Source: Candidatus Cloacimonadales bacterium (lineage in GTDB: Bacteria; Cloacimonadota; Cloacimonadia; Cloacimonadales; JAIOQZ01). Taken from it: 64,000 nucleotides of DNA. This document shows positions 40,605-49,890 of the stretch, piece by piece. The stretch spans positions 3,840,001-3,904,000 of the forward strand of contig OY762463.1 in assembly GCA_963665815.1 (NCBI GenBank), in the 5' to 3' direction. The position numbers and the translations under genes were made by a program. Position 1 is the first letter of the stretch, and the number at the start of each line of letters is the position of its first letter. A model generated the notes under the pieces. That model had not been told where the DNA came from and ran no database searches. It saw only the letters and a list, made by a program, of their open reading frames with translations.

Positions 40605-41807
40605 ATGTTCAACACAGGTTCAACAGGCTTTATGCTTGTCGCTACCAGTTTAGTAATGCTGATGACCCCCGGATTGGCATTCTTTTATGGAGGATTAACC
40701 TCAAAACGTAACATTCTTGGAATCATGATTCAAAGTTTCGTATCCCTTGGTATCACAACAATTCTGTGGTATGCTGTAGGATATTCTCTTTGCTTCAGTG
40801 GAGCTGGTCCAATTATCGGTAATCTTGACAAGGCTTTCCTGAGCGGTGTAACTGCAATGTCCCCATTCGGAGAAGGACTTATTCCTGAATTCGTGTTTAT
40901 CGCTTATCAAATGATGTTTGCTATTATTACTCCGGCACTCATAACCGGTGCTTTTACCGGACGTGTATCTTTCAAAGCTTATATTCTTTTCTTAATACTA
41001 TGGCAACTTTTCGTATATTATCCGTTCGTCCACATGATCTGGGGCGGTGGTATTCTTGCTCAATGGGGAGTCAGAGACTTCGCAGGTGGTATTGTTGTGC
41101 ATGTCACAGCCGGTTTTGCTGCACTCGCATCAGTACTGTTCGTTGGGGAAAGAAAGAATAAAAATGCTAAGCCTAACAGTATTCCTCTCGTAGCAATCGG
41201 AACCGGTCTTCTCTGGTTTGGTTGGTATGGATTCAATGCAGGAAGTGAGCTTCAGGTTGACCATATTACTGCTCAAGCTTTCCTTAATACTGATGTTGCT
41301 GCATCATTTGCAACAATAGCATGGTTATTAATTGAGTGGAAGAAAGAAAGAAGACCTAAATTCGTCGGTCTTATGACCGGTGCTGTTGCAGGTCTTGCTA
41401 CAATTACTCCTGCCGCCGGCTTTGTTCCTGTATGGGCTGCAGCAATTATTGGACTTGTTTCCGGAATTGGTTGTTACTATGCAGTTGCACTCAAAAACAA
41501 ACTTAAATGGGATGATGCTCTCGACGTATGGGGAGTTCACGGAATCGGTGGATTCATTGGTACTATCCTTCTCGGTGTTTTTGCCAGTGCAAAACTTAAT
41601 CCTGCAGGTGCTGACGGTATCATTTACGGTGGAACCAACTTCTTCTTACTTCAACTCGGTTCAGCTGTAGGTGCTGCAATTTATGCTTACCTTTTCACAT
41701 ATGCAATGTTATGGGTAATCAATAAAATTACTGTAGTAAGAGTTTCAGATGAACATGAAACAACAGGACTTGATAAAGCGCTTCATGATGAAGATGCTTA
41801 TTCATAG
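40605..41807 (+). CDS. amtB: ammonium transporter
   Basis: MTPGLAFFYGG, DFAGG.VVH, LWFGWYGFNAGS, GLATITPAAG, DDALDV.GVHG. Confidence 0.96.
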   Translation: MFNTGSTGFMLVATSLVMLMTPGLAFFYGGLTSKRNILGIMIQSFVSLGITTILWYAVGYSLCFSGAGPIIGNLDKAFLSGVTAMSPFGEGLIPEFVFIAYQMMFAIITPALITGAFTGRVSFKAYILFLILWQLFVYYPFVHMIWGGGILAQWGVRDFAGGIVVHVTAGFAALASVLFVGERKNKNAKPNSIPLVAIGTGLLWFGWYGFNAGSELQVDHITAQAFLNTDVAASFATIAWLLIEWKKERRPKFVGLMTGAVAGLATITPAAGFVPVWAAAIIGLVSGIGCYYAVALKNKLKWDDALDVWGVHGIGGFIGTILLGVFASAKLNPAGADGIIYGGTNFFLLQLGSAVGAAIYAYLFTYAMLWVINKITVVRVSDEHETTGLDKALHDEDAYS

Positions 41808-41841
41808 ATAACAATTTCACAAACCTTAATAACTCAAATAC

Positions 41842-41870
41842 AGGCTGTCGATTATTCGATAGCCTTTTTT
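41842..41870 (+). terminator. intrinsic terminator after amtB
   Basis: AGGCTGTCGA-TTAT-TCGATAGCCT followed by a T run. Confidence 0.8.
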
Positions 41871-42035
41871 GCATTCAATCAGATCAATCATAACTCTATT
41901 CAGATATCACTGAATTCCTGAAAAAATAAATGAGTAACAATTAAATAACTTGACATAAAGTATTGATATAGTATTATAAAAGCCTAATTAAGGTTAGCGT
42001 TTTGTAAGGGTAATTAACACCAGGTCGGAGGATTT

Positions 42036-43613
42036 ATGAAAAGATTAATTGTATGCTGTGACGGTACGTGGAATACTCCTTCACAGGAAGACAACGGGCA
42101 AATTGCCCCAACAAATGTATATAAGATATTCAGAGCAATTCAAGACAAAGACAATCATGGCATTGTGCAGAAAAAATACTATCATACAGGAGTAGGTACA
42201 GAAGGCAACAAGGTCAGTAAAATCCTGAATGGTGCTTTTGCCGGGGATTTGGGAAACCATATTCAGTCAGCATATTACTGGCTTGGTAATAACTTTGAAC
42301 CAGATGATGAAATATACTGTTTTGGATTCAGTAGAGGAGCATTTACTGTAAGGAGTCTTGCCGGTATGATGAATAAGGTCGGACTACTTGATCTAAGTAA
42401 AATAACCGGGAGTCCTGACGAAGAGTACAAGAAGAAGTGGGATTTGATCGAAAAAGCTTACACTGCTTATCGCGAAGGTGAAATTGCTCAGGATCAGTTT
42501 ATTGCAAATTACAGCAATAAGCTGTTTGATAGTCAGTGTGAAGTGAAAATCAAATTTCTCGGTGTCTGGGATACAGTTGGTGCCGCAGGTATTCCCGATG
42601 AAGCTGAACTGCTGAATTTTTTCTTCGATGATAAGAGTCAATGGAAATTCCACGATAACAATCTTGGAAAGAATGTAGAAACAGGAAGGCATGCAATGGC
42701 TCTTGATGAAATCAGATCCAGCTTTACTGTCTGTCGGTGGTTAAACAGGACAGGTAGTTCTACAGACTGTCATCCCGATGCAAAAGAAGTCTGGTTCAGC
42801 GGAGTTCACTCGGACGTTGGAGGAGGTTATGCCGAAACACAATTGTCGGATATTGCTCTGGACTGGATGATAAAAGAAGCCTTGGCAAAAGGTATTGGGA
42901 TAAGGAACATTAAAGATCAGCTAAAAATGGATTCTTCAGGTGAGATACATAACTCTTATAAGGGTGTTTTTGCTGCCTTGAAATCCAGACCCAGAAATAT
43001 ACCGTTCATTGACGCTTCCTCTGGAGAATGTCTCCATGGGTCTGTCCTGGAAAGAATGAAGGCTGATCTTATACTGTATCCACCTTATTGGCAGAATAAG
43101 CATTTGAAAAAGGATGAAACTATTTCCATAGATGTTTTTGCAAAAGATAGGTGGAATTATTGTGAAGTATATATGTTTAAGGATGAAGAATACAAATTCT
43201 CTGCTGAAGGTGAATGGGTAGACAATAAGTCAGTTTGCGGTTGGACAGGTACGCAGCATGATGGTCATTTAGATTTTGGTGATGTGGTAAGATCAGTGGG
43301 TTCACTTTGGGGTAAAGTCGAAGGATTGTTCAAAAAGAAGAATAAAGTAGTAGATTTCTGGGGGACGAAACGATTTGAAAAGGCAGACTGGTTTATCTGT
43401 GTCGGTGCAATAGCTAATGACAGAGGAGTTTCGGTTGCAGTATCAAACGACGGTACTCCCGTACCACATACATACATTGATCTTCCTAAGCATCATGCGA
43501 GCTCATATAAAGTTAAACATTCGGGACAGTTCTTTGCATTTGCCAATGATGCCTGGAACTTTTACGGAAACAATAAAGGCTCAGTTAGATTAACAATAAC
43601 AAGAGTCAAATAA
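42036..43613 (+). CDS. DUF2235 (Tle1-like) alpha/beta-hydrolase with a C-terminal LecA/PA-IL-like domain
   Basis: CCDGTWN, TNV, Y..GVGT, FGFSRGAFT.R, FLGVWDTV, HAMALDE.R, WFSGVHSDVGGG; C-terminal FAND...YGNN.GS. Confidence 0.88.
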   Translation: MKRLIVCCDGTWNTPSQEDNGQIAPTNVYKIFRAIQDKDNHGIVQKKYYHTGVGTEGNKVSKILNGAFAGDLGNHIQSAYYWLGNNFEPDDEIYCFGFSRGAFTVRSLAGMMNKVGLLDLSKITGSPDEEYKKKWDLIEKAYTAYREGEIAQDQFIANYSNKLFDSQCEVKIKFLGVWDTVGAAGIPDEAELLNFFFDDKSQWKFHDNNLGKNVETGRHAMALDEIRSSFTVCRWLNRTGSSTDCHPDAKEVWFSGVHSDVGGGYAETQLSDIALDWMIKEALAKGIGIRNIKDQLKMDSSGEIHNSYKGVFAALKSRPRNIPFIDASSGECLHGSVLERMKADLILYPPYWQNKHLKKDETISIDVFAKDRWNYCEVYMFKDEEYKFSAEGEWVDNKSVCGWTGTQHDGHLDFGDVVRSVGSLWGKVEGLFKKKNKVVDFWGTKRFEKADWFICVGAIANDRGVSVAVSNDGTPVPHTYIDLPKHHASSYKVKHSGQFFAFANDAWNFYGNNKGSVRLTITRVK

Positions 43614-43625
43614 CCCCACAAAATA

Positions 43626-43654
43626 AGGCTGAACCATCTCCTCGGTTCAGCCTT
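43626..43654. terminator. bidirectional terminator
   Basis: AAGGCTGAACC-ATCTCCTC-GGTTCAGCCTT between convergent genes. Confidence 0.7.
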
Positions 43655-43673
43655 TGCATTAATATAATATATT

Positions 43674-45230
43674 TTATTTATCTGTAAACATCTTGCCTGT
43701 AGTATATCCGTCAACTGCACTGCTGATTATACCTCCGGCATAACCGGCTCCTTCACCTACAGGGAAGAGATTGGAGCAGGATATTGATGCTCTGGTAGCA
43801 GGGTCACGAACAATGCGTACCGGAGATGATGTTCTGGTTTCAGGAGCGTGCAGAATGCCTTCATTGATGAATCCTTTAGCCCTTTTCTCAAAGCTTCTCA
43901 GGGCAGATTTAACTGCCTTCGTTAAAACCGGACTATAGATGTTCTGCAAATCTCTTTTATATACACTTGGTTTATAACTGGATCGTATTTTACTCTTTTT
44001 AGCAATATTGAGAAAACTGTTCATAGTCTGTACAGGGGCATAATACGGATTAGAACTGCTGTAACACTTCTTCTCAATTTCTCTCTGGAACTCCAAGCCT
44101 GCAAATAGTTTTGTTCCGTAATCAGATTCGTTAACAGTGACGACAAGAGCACTGTTGGCAAATCGATTGTCCCTCAAACAGTAGCTCATTCCATTAAGGA
44201 CTACAGTCTCTTTTTCAGAAGCAGAAGCAACTATGAATCCACCCGGACACATGCAGAAACTGTAAACACCTTTCTGTGTAGAATCAGTTTTGTATTTATG
44301 TGTAAGTTTGTATGTAGCAGGTCCCAGTATATCAACAGGTGCATCTTTGCCATAAAATGAGTCATTGATAAATTCCTGAGGGTGTTCCATACGAAACCCT
44401 ACTGCGAACGGTTTATTATGGATTACTACGTTATTATCTTCCAGCATAAGGAATGTATCTCTGGCTGCATTACCGATTCCGAGCACTATATGTTCAGGGG
44501 TAAATAATTCGTTATTTATTACAACTGATTCTATTTTACCGTTGTTTGTGTTTATTTCCTGTAGCTGTGAACTCCATTTGAATTCGCAGCCTTTACTGAT
44601 GAGGTGATTTCTGATATTAATAATAACTTTTCTGATAACATTTGAACCAATATGGGGAAGAGCTTCATAGCTGATGCAGTTATCTGCCCCAAACTCAATT
44701 AAAAGTCTGAAGACTTCATCAGAGACAGTATCTCTATTTCTTGCTGTGAGTTTACCATCTGAAAACGTACCTGCACCACCTTCTCCAAATTGTACATTGC
44801 TGTTTTCATCCAGCTTTCCGCTTTTCCAGAAACGGGCAATTTTTTCTACTCTGCGTTCTATTGTTTCGCCACGATCAATAATGATTGGTTTCAATCCGTT
44901 CTCTACCATTGCCAATGCAGTAAAAAGTCCTGCCGGACCGGCTCCTACAATTATCGGACGATCAGATGTATGGATTGTTGGGATGAATACTGAAATTTCT
45001 TCATCGTATTCAGCAGCAAACTTATACTTGGATAGATCGGAATCAGTAGTGACCAGCAGAGTAAAGTTAAACATTATGTTACCCTTTTTTCTGGCATCAA
45101 TCGATCTTCTAAGGATTTCTATATTGCTGATGGACGCTTTGGGGATTCTGGTATTTGCACAGAGATGGTCTGTCAGATTGTATTCGTAACTGACAGGGAC
45201 AAGGATGTTTCTTACAATGTATTTTTTCAT
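43674..45230 (-). CDS. NAD(P)/FAD-dependent oxidoreductase (uncharacterised FAD-dependent dehydrogenase family)
   Basis: RRSIDAR, VGAGPAG, FGEGGAGTFSDGKL, SFCMCPGG, ETRTSSPVRI, GEGAGYAGGI.S.AVDG. Confidence 0.9.
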   Translation of the reverse strand: MKKYIVRNILVPVSYEYNLTDHLCANTRIPKASISNIEILRRSIDARKKGNIMFNFTLLVTTDSDLSKYKFAAEYDEEISVFIPTIHTSDRPIIVGAGPAGLFTALAMVENGLKPIIIDRGETIERRVEKIARFWKSGKLDENSNVQFGEGGAGTFSDGKLTARNRDTVSDEVFRLLIEFGADNCISYEALPHIGSNVIRKVIINIRNHLISKGCEFKWSSQLQEINTNNGKIESVVINNELFTPEHIVLGIGNAARDTFLMLEDNNVVIHNKPFAVGFRMEHPQEFINDSFYGKDAPVDILGPATYKLTHKYKTDSTQKGVYSFCMCPGGFIVASASEKETVVLNGMSYCLRDNRFANSALVVTVNESDYGTKLFAGLEFQREIEKKCYSSSNPYYAPVQTMNSFLNIAKKSKIRSSYKPSVYKRDLQNIYSPVLTKAVKSALRSFEKRAKGFINEGILHAPETRTSSPVRIVRDPATRASISCSNLFPVGEGAGYAGGIISSAVDGYTTGKMFTDK

Positions 45231-45375
45231 AAATCGTTGTTTATACTGCCTTTCAGTAAATTGAGCCCATAGCATAATGTGTAATGATGTATTAAACAGG
45301 AATTATGCAGAGTTCTCTAAAAAATTTTAGAATAAAAAAAAGCTGTCGACCATGTCAACAGCAATTTAAAATTTA

Positions 45376-45451
45376 TGGTGGCAGGACCCAGACTTGAACT
45401 GGGGACACAAGGCTTTTCAGGCCTCTGCTCTACCAACTGAGCTATCCCGCC
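45376..45451 (-). tRNA. tRNA-Phe(GAA)
   Basis: Reverse complement GGCGGGATAGCTCAGTTGGTAGAGCAGAGGC-CTGAAAA-GCCTT..CCCAGTTCAAGTCTGGG..ACCA. Confidence 0.97.
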
Positions 45452-45624
45452 ATTTGTTATCATCAAAGAACTGAAGGCACTTTCGGAAACTGCGGTTTGC
45501 TTGTCAATAGATTTTTTAGATTATTTTGGTGGTATATTGCTATGAATGAAGCTATATGCAGACTTCAGGGGAGGTTAGGGTGAGGGGCTATAAAATTTTC
45601 TTGGCTATGATCAAAATTAAATTG

Positions 45625-46287
45625 CTAGGATTTCAGTATTTTTCTTAAGCCCCGATTAATTTCTAATTTAGACTTATTCAGTTCAATCTCTATTGTATTG
45701 TTTACCATTCCTCTAACGAAGTATCCAATTAATTCTGTATGTAATTTGAAGAAAGCTTCGGTTTCTTTGCAAGCCTTAACATCCGCTTGTAGAATCTGAT
45801 ATAAATTGTAGTTGATTTTAGTTAGGAAATCGTTGTAGTAATCACATGATCCAATTAATGATACAGAGCAGTAAAGCTCAAGAGCTTTTACTGAATTTCG
45901 TAATTTTATGTTGTCTTTTTTGATCGAATGTATATATGATTTGTAGTTGATAATTCTGTGTTCTGGCTTATACTCCATTACTTCACGAACTCTTGTTGCT
46001 AAGCGATTTATCGAATCCTCAAGGTTTATAAGACAGTTAGATACATTAAGTGCATACTTCTGATTCAACAAGTATTGACTTTCTCTTTTCCAGCTACCTA
46101 AGGCGACTATGGCTACAATAGCCAACAACAATGTAGAAACAGACCCGATGATATGAAAAAATTCAACTTTTATTGTTATCCCCATGTCTAAAAGTAGGCA
46201 AATAATCAGAAACAACATAACAAGGCATAATGCCAACCATTTAAAGGTTTCACCACATACATCACAGAATAGTTTGAGTTTCTTCAC
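45625..46287 (-). CDS. hypothetical membrane protein (two N-terminal TM helices)
   Basis: GAGG RBS plus GTG; two hydrophobic segments then a helical soluble part. Confidence 0.65.
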   Translation of the reverse strand: MKKLKLFCDVCGETFKWLALCLVMLFLIICLLLDMGITIKVEFFHIIGSVSTLLLAIVAIVALGSWKRESQYLLNQKYALNVSNCLINLEDSINRLATRVREVMEYKPEHRIINYKSYIHSIKKDNIKLRNSVKALELYCSVSLIGSCDYYNDFLTKINYNLYQILQADVKACKETEAFFKLHTELIGYFVRGMVNNTIEIELNKSKLEINRGLRKILKS

Positions 46288-46477
46288 AAGTTCCTCACAA
46301 TATTAAGATTATGCTAATTAGTTGTTTAAGAAAGGGATTGTCAAGAATAAAACTGGAACAATGATTATTGTTCCCTACATACGTCACATTCTGTGACAAA
46401 ATTCAAACCATGCAATCCTGGAATCCTATAAATTATGGTTCAGGCTTCTTACTGAGATAGACTTCCGTTAGTTTCTT

Positions 46478-46536
46478 CGCGTCTGGCAGAGCTGCTGAGT
46501 GTGTAATTGATGTGTAGAGGTGTAACATGCAACGTC
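46478..46536 (-). repeat. partial inverted copy of the 29235/32884 repeat
   Basis: Reverse complement GACGTTGCATG..CTCTACACATCAATTACACACTCAGCAGCTCTGCCAGACGCG matches repeat B with an internal deletion. Confidence 0.75.
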
Positions 46537-46564
46537 AAACAATGTTAATGAAGCTGATTCCTAT

Positions 46565-46595
46565 AAAAACCAGAGGCAGATTTTCATCTGCCTTT
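46565..46595 (-). terminator. terminator-like hairpin
   Basis: Minus strand AAAGGCAGAT-GAAA-ATCTGCCTCT-GGTTTTT. Confidence 0.6.
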
Positions 46596-46691
46596 AGTTC
46601 GCCTACATATAGATATTAAAAAAATATCCTCAGCCTTAAACTATTCGTACAATGTACGTGTGAAAATACCAGAGTAGGGTCATTCTTTATA

Positions 46692-46718
46692 TAAGACATT
46701 TAATAGGGGAAAAAGTTC
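46692..46718 (-). promoter_or_regulatory. putative ECF (sigmaE-type) promoter immediately downstream of the ECF gene
   Basis: Minus strand GAACTT-16 nt-TCTTA, close to the RpoE/AlgU consensus GAACTT-N16-TCTRA, 6 nt after the stop codon. Confidence 0.5.
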
Positions 46719-46724
46719 GGGAGT

Positions 46725-47618
46725 TTATTTGTAATAGTCTTTAACATCAATAGATAAAGAGTTTTTACGATGGTTAAATCCTTTAGGATATAGAAACCCG
46801 TTTCCCTGACATTTTTTTAATGGTGTGTCTTCAACTTTCATTTTTTTTACAACACGCCCGAAAGTTACTTCTACAATTTTGATGTAATTCTTCTTATCAA
46901 TGATAAATTCAAAAATAGGGAAATGTAGTTTACCTTCATTGTCCTTGTATACTAATGCTAATCGATGCTGATTATTCTTACTCTTTAATTTTCTGTAAGA
47001 CCAGTCTATAACTTCTGCAATATCCATATCGGGGCAGTCAGTATGCTCGAAATACTTCTTCAGCTTCGATAAATCTTTTTTATTCCTGCTTATCATTTTG
47101 ATAAAGTATTTTATATTCTCAATTTGCTGAAAGGTCAAAATATTTGGTCCGGACATAACTCCTTCAGACTTGAGTATAGCAGCTTCAAGATTTTTCTTCA
47201 TCATGGATACTTGTCTTTTGACTGTACCCTCCGGGATTTTTCTGACTTGAGCAATATCTTTTATATTTTTGTGTTTAATATACATTTTATATGTACGAAA
47301 ATCAGAAGCAGATAATAATAATCTGGCTTTTTCTTCGGAAATTGAGTTTCTGTTCTCAATGGTATTATTCTCATCTGATGTAATTGAATCTATATCACTT
47401 ATGTTTATTTGTCTTTTTTGAGCATTAATAAGATTTATTGCATTTGTTTTTACACACTTAAGCAGATAGTTTTTGTGATTTTCGATAGAGTCTTCCTTAA
47501 CAAACATTTTGAGTAAGGAGTTCTGAACGATATCTTGTGCGTCATGTTCATTTTTAACTATTCTGAGGGCATAACTATATGCATGTTTTTGAAGTTCTCT
47601 ATATTGTACATCTGTCAT
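46725..47618 (-). CDS. ECF-like sigma-70 factor with a ~145-aa C-terminal extension
   Basis: Region 2 AYSYALRIVKNEHDAQDIVQ..YLLKCVKTNAIN; region 4 IKDIAQVRKIPEGTVKRQV. Confidence 0.8.
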   Translation of the reverse strand: MTDVQYRELQKHAYSYALRIVKNEHDAQDIVQNSLLKMFVKEDSIENHKNYLLKCVKTNAINLINAQKRQINISDIDSITSDENNTIENRNSISEEKARLLLSASDFRTYKMYIKHKNIKDIAQVRKIPEGTVKRQVSMMKKNLEAAILKSEGVMSGPNILTFQQIENIKYFIKMISRNKKDLSKLKKYFEHTDCPDMDIAEVIDWSYRKLKSKNNQHRLALVYKDNEGKLHFPIFEFIIDKKNYIKIVEVTFGRVVKKMKVEDTPLKKCQGNGFLYPKGFNHRKNSLSIDVKDYYK

Positions 47619-47685
47619 TACTGATTCCTTCTACTTTATTTTTAACAAGCAAAAATCTGAAGACAAAATTATAGTTGTCAATAAC

Positions 47686-47711
47686 AAAAAAAAGGCTGGT
47701 AATCCAGCCTT
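47686..47711 (-). terminator. intrinsic terminator
   Basis: Minus strand AAGGCTGG-ATTA-CCAGCCTT followed by a T run. Confidence 0.8.
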
Positions 47712-47952
47712 CTTAGTTCACACACCTAAGATCCTTTCAAAATTTACCTGATAAAATAGTCAGATTATTCAGAAAATCTGATATTTATATTAAGGTAAAA
47801 CCGGGGCAGACAGAAAGTCTGCCTGGATTTATCTCGCACCACACACTAATGTGTTTATTTTTTATACCATCTTTGTTTTAAGGAAGCCGATTATTGTAGA
47901 AACCGGCATTCCTGATTTAATCAATGAGTATTGATTGATAAAAGTTAAAAAT

Positions 47953-48171
47953 CTATTCGACTACAGGATCATAAACAATATATATAGTACCTTCGTAGTC
48001 AATCAGGACTGCGTCTTCAATATCAGGACTCTCAAGAACTACTGCACCATCAGGAATAATATTAGTTGGCCAGACATTATAAACATCTACGGGATCTCCA
48101 ACGGCAAAATCATCACAAAAAATGTTTGCAGTGAAAATTAGTACAACCAGTATTAAAAGTGTAGTTCTCAA
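47953..48171 (-). CDS. small secreted acidic protein (~72 aa)
   Basis: AAGGAG RBS before TTG 48171 (alternative ATG 48192); signal peptide TTLLILVVLIFTANIFC; D/E-rich mature part. Confidence 0.7.
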   Translation of the reverse strand: MRTTLLILVVLIFTANIFCDDFAVGDPVDVYNVWPTNIIPDGAVVLESPDIEDAVLIDYEGTIYIVYDPVVE

Positions 48172-48266
48172 AATGAGTCTCCTTTTTAACATTTTATTTA
48201 TAAATAAAACGAATTCAGGAGAAAAATAATTGGATAACGTTATTTAAGTGAAAGCGAGATAAAGAA

Positions 48267-49139
48267 TTAAGACATCTGTCTATCTTTCTTCAGTAGTTCC
48301 TTTGCGGTTACAGGGATTATCTTTGTAACAGGATCTTTTTTCAGATCACTCATTTTTATATTTTTTAGAGGTACAATTTTTGGTGTTGTTAGTACTTTAT
48401 GTATTTTAATGCCATTTCTGCTTGTAATATTGAAATAAAAGAACATAGCATTGATTTGTTCGTCAGGCTGTAGATAAATCAAACATATTCTGTCAGCATT
48501 GTTCTTTCTTGTATAGTTCCAGTCAAGGAATCTGCTGATTGTTATCTCAGGGATATCTTTACAGTTCTCAAAATATTTAAACATTTTGGAAGTATTGGAT
48601 CCATTTTTAACAATTTGCTTTATGAGTTTTCTGACATTATCAGCTTGCTGAAAACTTAACAGTGCTATTGATGATAAGGCTCCACTATCTTTCAATATGG
48701 CAGATTTCAGATTCGTACGCATTCTGTTTACCTGGGTCAGGGCAGTTCCATAAGGTATTTTTCTGACCTTTGCGATTTTTTTAATTTGCTTGTACTTAAT
48801 ATACATTTTATATGTTCTAAAATCTGTTACTGTGAGAAGTTCTTTGGCTTTAGACTCTGTAATTTCATCAATACTTTCGTCTTCTTCAACAAGACCAGGT
48901 GCTGACAGGGCATAATACCCCAGTTTAACTTCTTTTTTCTGCCTTCTGAACATGTCAACAGCACCATTTTTTACGCATTTAAGCAGGTAATACTTTGGAC
49001 TTTCAAGTGTTTCTTCACGCATGAGCATCTTCAGCATGGCATTCTGCACAATGTCCTGTGCATCAGCTTCATTCTTTACAATGCTGAAAGCATATTTGAA
49101 TGCTTCACCACTAAGTATTGAATATTGTGTATCTGTCAT
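48267..49139 (-). CDS. ECF-like sigma-70 factor with C-terminal extension (paralog of 46725-47618)
   Basis: AFKYAFSIVKNEADAQDIVQ..YLLKCVKNGAVD; IKKIAKVRKIPYGTA; shared LSFQQ..KYFE..DW.Y motifs. Confidence 0.8.
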   Translation of the reverse strand: MTDTQYSILSGEAFKYAFSIVKNEADAQDIVQNAMLKMLMREETLESPKYYLLKCVKNGAVDMFRRQKKEVKLGYYALSAPGLVEEDESIDEITESKAKELLTVTDFRTYKMYIKYKQIKKIAKVRKIPYGTALTQVNRMRTNLKSAILKDSGALSSIALLSFQQADNVRKLIKQIVKNGSNTSKMFKYFENCKDIPEITISRFLDWNYTRKNNADRICLIYLQPDEQINAMFFYFNITSRNGIKIHKVLTTPKIVPLKNIKMSDLKKDPVTKIIPVTAKELLKKDRQMS

Positions 49140-49444
49140 AGTCTTCAAATTCCTGTGTTATATTAACTATATTAACTAAATGCGCATGCTATATTTAGCG
49201 TGTAAATTATTTCAGATTTATAAGTATTGTCAATTTTTAATATCACATTTTTTTTTAATTCATAGTAGATGTGAAATAGTTACTCTCCAAAGACAATTTT
49301 ATTTTTAAAATCGGGGATTTTAGAGTGTAGCTTAGATTGCGGTATTCACTACTTGGTGTCATGAAATTTTCTTTTTTTTCTTTTGGAATTGTCTGTTATC
49401 AGTTATTTTATCTATGTAAAGTGATTTAATTCGACTCGGAGGTA

Positions 49445-49846
49445 ATGATGAATACACTGCTTGCTAAGAGAATTTTCAGTATTTATGAAATCCTTTTAAA
49501 CAAATTTCGTCGTATTGATGAACCATTTTTGATAATTCCGGAATTATACTATCGTAACACTACATGTGTAGATCACAAAGAACTTATCAAGTGGCTTGAG
49601 CTTCTCGAAGAGGAAGGTTTCATCGAAGTTAAAACACGATTTACTGCGGAAATACCTGAAGGTTATTCCGATACTATCAAAATTGAACCCGAAGAAATGA
49701 AAGGACACTATGACAAGAACAAAACATATATCGATAATGCTTTTGTTTCATCCAACTCATTTCTTGTCCATGTTTTCGAAATTCAATTTACTCTGATAGG
49801 AATCTCATATTTTGAAGATATGAGAGAAGTTTCGAAGAATTTATAG
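49445..49846 (+). CDS. hypothetical protein (possible winged helix)
   Basis: GGAGG RBS; L.LLEEEGFI..FT..G..Y pattern. Confidence 0.6.
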   Translation: MMNTLLAKRIFSIYEILLNKFRRIDEPFLIIPELYYRNTTCVDHKELIKWLELLEEEGFIEVKTRFTAEIPEGYSDTIKIEPEEMKGHYDKNKTYIDNAFVSSNSFLVHVFEIQFTLIGISYFEDMREVSKNL

Positions 49847-49860
49847 TTAATTAATTTTTT

Positions 49861-49889
49861 CCAGCCTTTCAGTTCTAAAGGAAGGCTGG
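49861..49889. terminator. bidirectional terminator
   Basis: CCAGCCTT..AAGGCTGG between convergent genes. Confidence 0.6.
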
Positions 49890-49890
49890 T

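Noticed and set aside
42036..43613. Type VI secretion locus
   Set aside because: Only a DUF2235 gene; no structural, vgrG, PAAR or immunity genes in the window.
46725..49139. RNA-guided sigma system (dCas12f/TnpB-associated sigmaE)
   Set aside because: No Cas12f/TnpB-like ORF (RuvC or zinc-finger motifs) is recognisable nearby.
45376..49440. Prophage or integrative island at tRNA-Phe
   Set aside because: The accessory genes lie at the 5' side of the tRNA; no integrase and no duplicated tRNA 3' end were seen.
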